Assembly: GCF_032062105.1 (NCBI RefSeq)
Contig: NW_026936150.1
Coordinates: forward strand, 186,001-250,000
Direction of reading: 5' to 3'
DNA: 64,000 nucleotides
From: Saccostrea cucullata
Taxonomy: Eukaryota
Shown here: piece after piece, positions 37,401 through 48,300 of the stretch
Position numbering within the stretch: the stretch's first letter is position 1
Layout: the number at the start of each line of letters is the position of its first letter
Program-made: the position numbers and the translations under genes
Notes under the pieces: generated by a model
Databases searched by the model: none
What the model saw: the letters and a program-made list of their open reading frames with translations, nothing else
Told to the model about the DNA's origin: nothing

Positions 37401-37511
37401 GAATATAGGCAAATCCGCCAGGACATTCACAGACGCATCGAAAACCTTCCGTTTTATACTAACAGGTTCAAACCGGTTAGTTTCCTGTTTACCTTGGATG
37501 CTTACGTGTAA
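7833..37511 (+). CDS. Modular microexon gene: low-complexity Y/R/D/G-rich N-terminus plus tandem DUF1330-like domains (overall span; modules listed separately)
   Basis: About 35 exons bounded by pyrimidine tract-AG and GT. From 14392 to 28293 every exon is a multiple of 3 and open in phase 0. The C-terminal exons translate to ...FPSSEAAYQFYNDPEYENLRRSLR, which resembles the DUF1330 consensus FPS.EAA.AWY.SPEYQ. The 5' end is less certain. Confidence 0.75.
10727..10856 (+). repeat. ~44-bp tandem repeat x3 containing the splice acceptor of exon 10848-10877
   Basis: gatgctcagctaatgtaactttttattatttcaggacaatatac repeated with few changes. Confidence 0.9.
12790..13290 (+). mobile_element. Penelope-like 3' fragment (intronic)
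   Basis: ttatgataaacgtgatgac...ggagcacacggcgggtgtgacc...tcccacctctgatg. Confidence 0.75.
14392..24099 (+). CDS. Array of phase-0 microexons: 14392-14439, 14487-14531, 15303-15308?, 15890-16015, 16831-16872, 16995-17030, 17125-17157, 17294-17314?, 18881-18925, 19465-19518, 19784-19840, 20249-20287, 20533-20571, 20802-20840, 21163-21198, 21310-21381, 22202-22252, 22734-22775, 23394-23441, 23551-23589, 23693-23731, 24070-24099
   Basis: Short GC/purine-rich islands in AT-rich introns, all with AG...GT, lengths divisible by 3 and no stops. Peptides include YMQQSTYKHDFVPANG, LDGQRYDDQPLTDR, RRYDEPLTDRG, QYYERDRGRDISPNR, RDDRMYKPEDGRYTSLDR, YQDRGMNGSPER, YYDRGRDLDRGRGYDRARDGSPSK, FREYDQGRNAYNGYNDR, KMADRTTYKDYGE. 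Confidence 0.8.
17410..17745 (+). mobile_element. Penelope-like 3' fragment (intronic)
   Basis: Conserved 3' motif ...gggatgctcacc...ggcacctgatcctacctctgatg...ccgtgtttgctc. Confidence 0.75.
18926..19200 (+). repeat. Degenerate ~52-60-bp minisatellite (about 5 units)
   Basis: Recurrent atatcactta(t)tgaacaggcttctgaa.tattgct.tcacc. Confidence 0.75.
22409..22478. repeat. (GA)n microsatellite
   Basis: Pure GA run. Confidence 0.98.
24911..25531 (+). CDS. Large coiled-coil exon (MATIDPLRYTNSKL...NPSHHP, 207 codons), probable alternative first coding exon
   Basis: ATG at 24911, heptad-like LRTLEEELSKLRAQNNRLQDEL, phase-0 donor CCG|gtaaga at 25531. The nearby AGs would enter in phase 1, so no phase-0 acceptor is evident. 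Confidence 0.75.
26578..28293 (+). CDS. Shared exons 26578-26625, 27119-27178, 27808-27858, 28150-28293; the last begins the first DUF1330-like repeat (GVYLFVR...GQLKGIATSRE)
   Basis: All phase 0-0 with canonical splice sites: GPNYVNDRYLRPEERQ, LRHQLDYDKSPVTESKPENQ, DVRPQTEPALPIRSDFE, PKSTNSGVYLFVRTNKLAKADVVKALQEGRSVLANSYGQLKGIATSRE. Confidence 0.8.
28422..28635. mobile_element. Fold-back MITE-like inverted repeat
   Basis: ttcgaaaatgctgcgacatggtctaaattcacgataaattttgg versus ccaaaatttatcgtg...gaccatgtcgtgctttttcgaa. Confidence 0.6.
28759..29551 (+). CDS. C-terminal cassette A (exons 28759-28981, 29111-29347, 29463-29551): completes tandem DUF1330-like domains
   Basis: INLLEG...IVIIVWFPTSKEAEMW / FLVTEYEGIVDPDQFRE...LRGNW...VVTCNRFPSSEAAYQFYND / PEYENLRRSLR...RPV*. 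Phases 0-1, 1-1, 1-stop are consistent. Confidence 0.85.
30745..31432. mobile_element. Possible non-autonomous Crypton-like element remnant
   Basis: 5' attatatgatag...gattggctgag and a 3' hairpin caatatcacctcgccctccgggctcggtgaatattg...aataattgtataat. The family assignment is from recall only. Confidence 0.35.
32920..34670. mobile_element. Two Penelope-like fragments tail-to-tail (32920-33510 +, 33710-34670 -)
   Basis: RT-end and 3'-motif matches on opposite strands. Confidence 0.7.
34013..34286. mobile_element. MITE with ~50-bp imperfect TIRs nested in a Penelope-like fragment
   Basis: tactattgtttgcagctaactgtaaagtttcacattacttcacgatct versus agatcgtgacgtaacgtgaaactttacagtcgactgtaaaacaatagta. 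Confidence 0.8.
35402..36120 (+). mobile_element. Penelope-like 3' fragment (~720 bp)
   Basis: FRYIDD...LYDKRDDFNFSIVNFPYLCSNIPSSPAY and the 3' motif gagcacacgg...ccgtgtttgctc. Confidence 0.85.
36194..37511 (+). CDS. C-terminal cassette B (exons 36194-36440, 36773-37012, 37399-37511): paralog of cassette A, DUF1330-like
   Basis: IQLLEG...IIIVIWFPTFNDAEKW...YGSDVLILPLN / YLMTEY...IRGSW...QFRNRREAQDFFFD / PEYRQIRQ...FTLDAYV*. Intron positions and phases match cassette A and the frames are intact. Confidence 0.85.
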
Positions 37512-38159
37512 ACTTCCGGTAAGCCGAGGACAGTCTTTGTAAACCCCCTGTTTACGTTGGATACTTAGTGTAAACTACCTGATATGTACGTGTTACCTAG
37601 GAGATTAAGATTTCTTGACCGAATTCTTGACAGCACGATAGTAAAGTGGACTATATTATATAAAGAGTAATTATGCTTTTTAATCTATTCTGAGTCATAA
37701 TATATTTCCTACACTGCAATTCACATTTCTAAGTAGAGTAGAATAGTGTTGCAAACACAGCGTAGAATTCATCAGGAATGTCACCCGTCCAGTGTTAAGA
37801 CAGCCCCACGTTGTATCTGTTGTTTTCTGTAGTCTAGCTGTACACCGCTGGTGTAGGGGTGTGTTGTTGGATGGAGAATGGGAACCAGTTTATCTCCAGT
37901 GTCTCCTTAGTGCTCATATTAACATAAATCATGTGATATCTATACATTTGTTATCATTATTATACAGAAATCAATATTTTGTATTACGTTTTATTAAATA
38001 TATTCTGATATTGCTAGTTTTTCTTTCTCTGACATTTTATTCTAAGAAGAAAAGAAAATAACATGTAAGCACTGTCTATTTATGTATACAAAAGCAGTTA
38101 AAGGGGAGGGTGAGCTATTTGGTACGATGATAAAAATGATGTATTCAAGAGGTATAATG

Positions 38160-38892
38160 AAAAATATAGGGATAACGAACAGTATTCAAGGTCAAAAGTC
38201 CATCAAACATTACAAAATACATGTAAGAGCAGAAAAAACACGGACCTCCAAAACATTAGAGCTGGGATCAGCTGCCATGGAGGAGTGAGCATCCCCTGCT
38301 GACCGGTCACACCCACCGAGTGATCCTTGTCATGATCAGAAAATAACAGAAAAATATGTCGTCAATTCACTTTATAAATAATGGACTTACAATTCGTATG
38401 AAAAACATCACTCAGCATTTGACTCAATGATAAATTGTATTTGCTGACAAGGTCATTGTATCGACCACAGAACTTACGAAATGATAGCTTTAAACGAGAC
38501 ACCTGATATTCTTGTTTGCCAATAATTTACCTAGTTTCAAAAATTGTTCATCCGCAGAGCATGCTCTTGCATACCGAATCAACTGAGATATATAAACTCC
38601 GTATGCAGGTGATGAAGGTATATTGCTGCATGAGTAAGGAAAGTTGACGATAGAAAAGTTGGAAGTCATCACGTTTATCATATAGCTTGGTTGTTAGATT
38701 ACCATTAACGTCTTTTTCAAGTCAAATATCCAAGTATGAAGCAGATGTGTCAGACTCTGTCTGTGGTATCTTTTATCTCAAGCTCACCAGGATATATCGT
38801 ATCGACACAAGAATGAAAATTATCATTTGTTAATTGACAATACGTCGTCGATATATCTTAATGTCGACTTGAAGGCCACAGAAAGTGTTTTC
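38160..38892 (-). mobile_element. Penelope-like 3' fragment (~730 bp)
   Basis: ORF 38490-38681 IVNFPYSCSNIPSSPAYGVYISQLIRYARACS; same extent as 35402-36120 but inverted. Confidence 0.85.
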
Positions 38893-39642
38893 CTCCTTTC
38901 CAAAAAAGAACTTAACACATAATTTGATGTGAATAAAAGTATATTCAACAACAATCATACAATACATTTAACTTGGAACATGCGCAAAAGCAGAATAAAA
39001 GAACATGAATATCTTAACAAGATAAAACATTCGTCTATAGAGCTCAGTTCTCAAAATATTTACAAAGTGACAGATAATATTACTTATCAGACATTTCTCT
39101 GTCTGAATAGAATTCAGTAAATTCAATTCATCTTTACAAATGTATAATTCAATTGCATTACATGAAGTATTCATAATCATATACAAATAAGTCAGTCATA
39201 TACAGGGATTCGAAATAAGTCCAAAGAGGCATAATTATCGATGGTTGCTTACGTGAAATTTGGAATACTGTATTTGTCAATTATTCTCATAAACCTTATT
39301 TTACTAAACATAATTTTATGCTTTGCATGTTTTTATCTTGTAAAAAATGTTATAGAAACAACATTGAGACAAAACATATCAATATAAAATAAATTTCTTC
39401 GCACAAAAATAACAGAACAAAACAAATATATTCAACGCAAAAGATTATCAGTGCGTGTCGTTATGGTATTGCATTAGTGTAGTTCGTTATTTATATCGAA
39501 ATTATGTTCAAACTTCCTTAACAAGCTGTTAAAATATTTGTTTACCAAAATGATTTATTACATTAAAAGCACTGTTTAACAGTATAAAAAGAAGCACCAT
39601 ACTTCCATTTTCTCAATGAATATCTAATTACATAATTGAATT

Positions 39643-42257
39643 TTACGAGAGTTGTTCATTTCTGCCATCTGGTGTTCTTCTTATTTCCTTCTCTTCACCG
39701 GAAGTTCGTCTTCTCTGTAAGATGACAACCAAAACCAGGACTACGCCAATCAAACCAGCGGTAGCCGGAAGTAGTGTATAGAGCATGGAAGAATTCTGGT
39801 CTCTTTGCTGACCAGACTGGAAATATGAAATTACAGATCTAGATTGCAGTCCTTTTATATGTTCCTCTTAATGTCCATTTTATTAACGCATTTAAAAAGT
39901 GAACTGTAAAAAGGCAATGTTTCTGCCTATCTTTAAGTTTTGGCAAAATTATTTACACTATTCTTAATCTCGATACCAGCAAAAAATTAATACAATAATA
40001 TATATTTCAAAAATAAATATTTACATTTCTAAATGAACTAAGCTTCTTCCAGGGTTGGTAAAGAACCAAGTCATCTGTATCCCTTTTTCTTCTTCCTAAA
40101 ATGTATAAATATCAGCTGCAGTATGTGTAATGTAATAAAATAATAGCTCAGCAATCTACAAATATGGAAATAAAATATTCGAGCGCTATACCCCAAATAT
40201 TTAATCTCTTATTTCAATTAATAAGTGTATGTTCCTAATGTAAGCAGGCACTTCTTCTGCAACAAAAAATAGCTCTTCCGGGCCCGAAACGGAGATTAAC
40301 AATAACTTTGCGTTTTTATATTAAAAACTGCAATTTTGTGTATTGAAATAGTTCGATCAATATCTAATGCAATAAAAAAAATCGCAAGACCCAGGTAGTT
40401 AATGTAAAGAGTAAGAATTTTTTAAGAAAAGAAAGGACCTTTATCCAGACTCTGCTTTAGACAGGTCGCCTTTGTAGAGTTCTCCAGACGATCATAAAAC
40501 GGAATCCCTGAATTACAGGTGCCCTTCACGAGGAAGGCTATGTGTATATCCTTCTCGGCAGCTATCTGTAAAATGACGTGTTCCAGTTGTGAATCTTTTG
40601 GATCAGCATCAGAGTAGAAAAACAGACATGAACCCGGTCTGATTATTTTTAAAGCTGTAAAGGGAAACGAAACATTTCTCAAGAATAATTTGGAAAAAAG
40701 TGAAAAAAAAGAAAAACATTCAGTAAGCTCACTAAAGTAAAATTGAATTAACATCTACACTGTACCTTCTAATAATCCAGTGAAGGAGTATTCAGGACAG
40801 TCCCCTCCGCCATCTTGTTTAAGATTCCTTATCCAGGTTATCATTTCATATCCGTCCGTCGTGTTTCTTACGGTGTTTAATGACACTAAAATTTAAAATT
40901 CAGATATAAATAGTCAAAAACGTAATTTAAGAGAAATAATTAAAAGAAAAGACATACACTTTTCTTTTTAAATTGGCCAATTTTTTGTATGTAATGTTTT
41001 TACAACTGACACCCAGGTCATGTTCACAGCTTATCATAATTAACAACAAGAGGCCCAGGGGCCACATCGTTCACCTGAGCACATCGGCTAGGGAAAAGCA
41101 CAAATCAGATCAGAATTGAAAAGTTTGCTGAGGGGGTGGGGGGGGGGGCTTGAATTCTAATTCTTCTTGAGAATGCCTCCATATCAATTCTGCATATAAC
41201 TTCTTGAGAAAGTTCTTGAGAAAAAGATCTTTAAAGATTATTTTTAACATTTTGTTTGTATATACTACTTTGTAATAATTTGAATTTGACTCCCCATTGT
41301 TTCCCTCCCTACCCCAAAGGGTACTCATGATTTGAACAAATTTAAATCTTCAATACATGAGGATGCTTACATGTCAATATGACTTAACATAGCTTTTTCT
41401 TTTATTTTCCTACATAAAACTTTGATCCACCATTGAGACCCTTCCCTACCCTTGGAGGTTATGATTTGAACTAATTTAATTCTAAATTTAATTCTACACT
41501 ACCTGAGGATGCTTTCATATTAATATCTCTAATCATGGCTTTGCTATTCTTTAGAAAAAGATGTTTTAAAATTTATTTTAATGTAAAACTTGGATCTCCC
41601 ATTGTGGCCCCACCCTATTCCTAGGGGTTATGATTTGAACAAACTAGAATCTACATTGCCTCAGGATGCTTCCATATAAATATCACTAATCATGGCTTTG
41701 TAGTACTTAAGAAGAATTTTTTTTTAAAGATTTCCCTATATATTTCTATGTAAAACTTTAATCGGCCATTGTGGCCCACCCTACCCCCAGGGGTCATGAT
41801 TTGAACAAACTTGAATGTACACTATCTGAGGATGATTCAACATGATTTTCATCTTTCCTGTTCCAATGGTTCTTGAGAAGAAGATTTTTAAACTTATTTC
41901 CCTATATATTCCAAAGTAAAAATTTGATCGGCCATTGTGACCCCACCCTATCCCCGGGAGTCATGATTTGAACAAACGTAAATCTACACTACCTGAGGAT
42001 GATTCCACATGAGTTTCATCTTTCCTAGCCCAGTGGTTTTTGAGAAGAATATTTTTTAAAAATGCCATTAATTTTTCACTTATTCATAATTATCTCCCCT
42101 TGGAAGAGGGCGTGGCCCTTCTTTTGAACAAATTTGAATCCCCTTAACACAAGAATACTTTGTAGCAAGTTTGATTTAAATTGGTCTAGTGGTTCTTGAG
42201 AGGAAGATGAAAATGTGAAAAGTTTACAACAACAACTACGACGACACACAACGGACG

Positions 42258-42308
<51 letters not shown>

Positions 42309-45300
42309 CAGAAAGATATCACCTGGATCACTAAATGTGGACAAGATGAAGTCTGAAGGCGTGGTCTTGTTTTCTAGGAGAGCTGATTGGATTGTCTCTG
42401 TTACTTTGGTTTTTATTTCCTCAAAGTCAGTTGACATTGACAGTGACGTATCGATGACGTATGCAAGTGTTAATCCGGGTTTCAGACAGTCTTTACAAGC
42501 TACTGGTAGTCCAATCAGTTCTCCAAATAGTCTGGGTCCAATTTGATCAAGAAGTCCAGTGACTGAAAACGGGTAGAAATCTTTATATCAGAGAGCGAGA
42601 GAGAGAGAGACGCGCTAAACTAACTTAAGACGCATATTTGTTAACATTCTCACCTATCCCAACAACACACTTTGTAACTTAAGTAAGAATGATACCAGAA
42701 AATTTGGGCAGTACGATTTAGAGAATTTTACCCTCTCCGACAAAGAACTTCATAGTCGCGTCTATTGCAGCCTCCCCCGCGGCGTGATGGAGGAAGAAGT
42801 GGGGGGACAGATTGGAGTCTGACGTCTCCTTGTTGATTCCTCCTATAGGATTCACGGCGGAGAAAGCATCGTTCTTTCCTCCATGGCTACACTTTCCTAT
42901 TCCTGCCGTGTTGTTTCCTTGTAGAGGAAATTGTAGCAATGTTACGTATGTAATCGTTAAAAGAACTTTATTCGGTAATAACCAATATTTGCCCCCAAAA
43001 TCAAACTTTGAGGGAGAAATATTTCATTATGTTCTTAAACAGGATGATATATGCTGACTTCAAAGCGCTGAATATTTTCATAAACAATGACGTCATATGT
43101 TAGAGATGACGTCACGAAAATGACGAAAATTTAAAAGTTCCACGATTTCTACAGAAAAAATATATATAAAGTCGATATTTTTAGTAAAAATCACAGAGCG
43201 CAGGTCTGATCAGGCTCAATATTTTGATATAATGTGTAGAATGATAATATCAATGAAATATGTAAATATTGTTCCTGAGCAAACTTGCGCTCTGTAAATT
43301 CTAAAGCTAAATTTGTTGAAATTTTGTCCATTTTGTCATCTTTCTAAAAATAATATAAAATCGGACTAGTTTGTGACGTCATAAAAACAAAAATTGATTA
43401 ACTACTTTGAAACTATTATATATTCCGTAAATTTATATTTCTTATACAATTTATAGAATTCAGCACATTTGAAGAATTTTTCAAAATTTGACTTTTGTGG
43501 GGGCAAAGATAAGCAGTATACTGCATATAGTTCTGTGGTTTTTTTTTAGAAGATATAAAATGGTCCGTAAGAACAAGGTATGAAATTAACTCACCGGTAG
43601 GTTTGGGGATGCCTTGAGAACTGAGATATCCACTCGTTAAATATTGACCGTTCACCAGTATGTTGTTCTGACAAGAGTGTTTGTCGATTCTGGGAGTGTT
43701 TGAATTGTAATCAAAATTAATTTAATTATGTTTACATATGAAATATAAATTGGTGAAAATTTTACGATATTAAAAAAGCTATCTAAAAATGTTTACAAAG
43801 TGTCAGAATGCTTACAGTGGATGGGAATATGGGCAACCTGCACATGTCGCCACGTTAGGGGGCGCTGTCGGCATCGGAGTTCGTCCTCGAATCCCTAATG
43901 ACATGATTAATTAGTAAAACATCACGTCCTTGATTTCAAATGGTAATCTCATGTCTGCAGACTAAGGACTATATATCAATTTTTTTCAATATCTTTTAAT
44001 TTTTTTTATACATTATCCGAAAGCGTCTTACCAAGTTCGGAGCATGTAATGTTTCCGTGTGTCTCCACCCAGTTCGTGTTCGAGTAAAACATCTGTAGCG
44101 TAAACAAGTACTCCCCTATTAACTTCCGGACGTTGTTCCAGTCTGGTGTGGGGGACTGGGAAAGGACAACAATCTGTTCCCTCATCGACTGAAGAAGAAG
44201 GTTACCTGTTTGTAAAAATAATCATGGTAAGTTTTATAATTATAAATGAGATCTTTCAGTTTACTAGTACACAATAGCATTTTGAAGCATCATATAGCCT
44301 TCCAAATTGACCAAGTTTGGTAATATTTGGTGCGTTGTAAAACAGTACGTTCAAAAAACCACCTGTCATTTTTAATTACACATTATATGCACTGAAAATA
44401 AATACATAATTAGTGTTGAATGCAAATTAAAGATCTCAATAATAATCATTGTATGTTTCTTTGGTTGGATTGATAAAAGTTTGTTGATTGAAGGCTTAAT
44501 TGGTGTTTTAATTCGTTGGCAAATAAATAATCACTATGGATATATATAGGTTTTTACTGGCGATCATACGGAAGAGGTTCCAGAGGTCAAACTTAAACAT
44601 GTAAGTGTGCGGACTTTCCTGCTTATATTGTACTGTTGGGTTAGGGTTAGGGTAGTAAGTAGTAAGTGTGTGGTCAATCCCTGCTTATTGCTTGACAGAG
44701 TGTGTGGTCATCCCTGCTCTGTAATTAGCATCTCTTAGCAGCAAGTGTGCGGACATCCCTGCTTGTTGTTGCACAAGATCAGGTGTGTGGACATCCCTGC
44801 CTGCATCTTGTGGTAGAGCATTGGTGTGCGGATTTCCCTGCCAGTGTCTCTAGTCTAGAACCGTGTCTTAGTGTCAAGTGTGCGTTCATCCCTGCTTGTC
44901 ACTGCGCAAGGATAGGTGTGCGGTTATCTCTACTTGTCTCTTGTGGAAGTGCGCTGGTGGACTTCCCTGCCATTGTCACTTGTTCGCTACCAGTAGAAAC
45001 CTTATATACCCAGTACCAAGCGATGAAGACTGCGCATTGTACGTATTTGCAGCATCCCAGGGCTATCCGTTTCTATCACGGGTACGAGCCCGCGGGGGTT
45101 CACAGGCAGTGACCTCCCTTGCACGTTTCATAAAATTTGGTGGCAACGGTGGGATTCCTTGAGATAGCTGGACGATGGAAGACATAGACAAAGAACTTTC
45201 TCTGATAGAAGAGAAACTCGCAGAGCTGGAGGAGGAAATTATCAGGAGTAGAAGTTTCAAGTCGTCGACTCCAGTGACCCCGCGTATAAAAGTCAAAGCA

Positions 45301-48300
45301 AGAGACTCAGGTGTATCTCCGGAGTATTGCTAAAGACAGAAGAAAAGTCAACAACGCATGAGCATGATGGTGCGTTCGCCCAGCACGCACCTATCCTTGA
45401 AGAAAATTCTACAGCACAATCTCTCAGGAACATGTTAAGAGAAGCCAAAGCATGACCTCGCGATTATAGTCATACAGAGTCTCCTACAAGATTTGATAGA
45501 GAAACCGACAAACCTAGACTGAGACTTAGTCATGAAGAACTTTATAGAGACGATCCTGACGATTCTCTTCTCCCTGGGATAACAAGAAGGAGATCCAGAG
45601 TTAGATTTGCAAGTCTTCATAGCGGAGACTACGCGCTAAAAGAGTTTTCGACACCAAGACAAATGATAAAGCCAGCAACGTATGATGGCAGTGGTCCTTG
45701 GTTTGATTATCATGCGCATTTCGAGGCATGTGCAGAAATAAGTAGATGGAAATATCATCAGAAGCAGTATCTCTTCGGGGAAGTGCGCAAGGAGTGTTAG
45801 GTAACATGCCAAAATGGGCAAAGCCCGATTATTAGATACTTGTAAAAGCCCTTGAAGACAGATTTGCATCTCCGAGTCAAACGGAGCTACACAGGGTGCA
45901 GATGCATGAGCGACACCAAAGAGCTGGAGAATCTCTTCCTGAGTTATGGCAGGCCATTCGCAGACTGGTCAACTTAGCCTACCCCACTGCGTCAAATGAG
46001 ATTCGGGAAACGCTGTCTAAAGACCAATTTGTGGACGCATTGGTCGACTCGGACATGCGCATCTGCATTAGACAGGCACGACCTAAACATCTTAATGACG
46101 CTATACAATTGGCTGTCGAATTACAAGCTTACAACAGAGCTGAGAAAAAGAACTATACGCGCCCAACTACTGTTGAATCAATGGAAGGAAGAACTGTCCC
46201 GATGCTTGAGGAATTAAGCGCAAAGTTTGAATCTATGCAGAGAGAACTCAAAGAAATAAAAGATCAGCGCAGTGAAAGTTCACAGCGATCCCGACCAAGA
46301 GAAGCAAACCAAACACTGGGGACACTGGAAGATGTTACTTTTGCCGTAAACCAGGACACTTGCGCAAGAACTGCAGAGCTTTTCGTGCGCAAAGGAAAGC
46401 TAAATATCCGTTTAAGTCAGCTACTACAGAACACCAAGAAAGTCATGATGCGAGAACCAAAGACGCCAAGCCTTCTAGTAGGAGCGTCAAAACTGGTGTG
46501 AAAGCATCCATAGAGCAAGTCCAGTCGGAATGGACGCTGGCCGATTCCTTGAAATGGACGTCTGTGGCGTAAAGGCGAAGCTATTGGTACACACAGGTGC
46601 GACGGTCAGCCTAATATTACAGAACTGATGAGTAAAATTCCAGAGGATGACCGACCTAGGCTTGACTCTTTCAGCCGAGACATACTGGATGCTGGTGGCA
46701 ACTGTCTCCAGATAAGCGGTAAGGGAACCTTTCCAACACAGAAAAGGGGGTTCTCTTGCAAACTAGATGGTGTGGTTGCAGAAGTCAGCAATGACGGAAT
46801 AATTGGCCTTGATTTTCTGGAAGAAAATGGATGCACAATTGATGTGACAAAGAAGATGATGTGCATCAAAGGAAAACAATACGATCTAATAAAAGAAGGA
46901 AGTTATGGGTGTTATCGCATCGTAGCGCTGAACACTTCCAACAAATCAAGAGGTAATCATAAAGGGGAGAGTGTGTGCACCGGAGGGCAAAAAGCATTTC
47001 GATGGTTCATGGTTTGGTGGAACCAAATGAAAAGTTCGTGTCGATAGGTACTCTTGTAGGGAGGACCTTAGTCAAAGCAGATAGAGTTGTACAAGTTCGA
47101 ATGCTGAAATGAGACCAGAAAGTCGAACCATTTAAAGTGGCACTCACATTGTGGAAATATCATCCGTCTGCGCAGTACAGGCAGAGAGAAAGATAAAGAA
47201 GAACTCTGCATTGTATGAAAACCTTGAAGATTTATTAAGGCGCAGTAGTACCGACCTTACAGAGGACTAGATACCTAAAGTGAGAGACTTTTTGCGACAG
47301 TACCCCCATGCGTTTGCACTCAGTAACTCTGAGCTGGGTACGACAGACGTGGTTGAACATGGAATTGATTGATAAAGGAACCTTTGCGACGTGTCCCTTT
47401 CCATGCTGCCGAGGAAATAGACAAGCATGTAAATGACATGCTGGAAGATGGAGTTATAGAGCGCTCCTCTAGCCCCTGGGCAGCCGGTGTTGTCTTAGTC
47501 CGAAAGAAGGATGGCAGTACTCACTTCTGTGTTGACTACCGAAAATTGAATGGACTGACCATAAAAGACGCCTACCCATTGCCTCAAATTGATGATTCGC
47601 TACATAGCCTTTCGGGAAATGCGTGGTTTTCAACACTGGACTTATGTTTGGGATACTGGCAGGTATCCGTGAAAGAGGAAGACTGGCCATAGACAGCATT
47701 TGTTACGCACAAAGGCCTTTTCCAGTTCCGTAAGATGCCATTCGGACTCAGCTGCGCGCCGGCTACCTTCCAAAGGTAAATGGAGACCGTCATGGCTGGT
47801 CTTCAATGGGAAATTTGCCTGATTTATCTGGATGATGTGATTGTTGTTCGGACATTCGAAGATATATTGAAAACCTGGCGAAAGTTTTTGACCGCATTGT
47901 AGATGCCGGACTCAAATTGAAACCGAAGAAATGTGTCCTCTTTTCGCGCAGAGTACTTTACGTGGGCCATGTAATCAGGGAAGACGGAATCGCCACTGAT
48001 CCAGAGAAAGTAGAAGCTATTAGAAATTGGCCAGAGCCCTGTAACGTATCTGAGGCGCGCTCGTTCCTAGGTATCTGTGGCTACTATAGGAGATTTATAG
48101 AGAACTTTGCCGAAAAAGCAAAACCTCTGACTAAACTGACAGAGAAAGTAAATGATCTAGTCTGGACACAAGAATGCCAAGATGCTTTCAACAGCCTTAA
48201 AACACATCTGTGTAATGCACCAATATTAGCCATGCCTGATTTTAAGCAACCATTTATCCTGGACACAGACGCCAGTAATTTCGCTATAGGAGCTGTTCTG

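Noticed and set aside
44637-44652. (TTAGGG)2 telomeric motif
   Set aside because: Only two units, inside an LTR; not informative.
44600-44980. Spaced repeats resembling a CRISPR array
   Set aside because: Eukaryotic context, degenerate repeats, irregular spacing, located inside an LTR, no cas genes.
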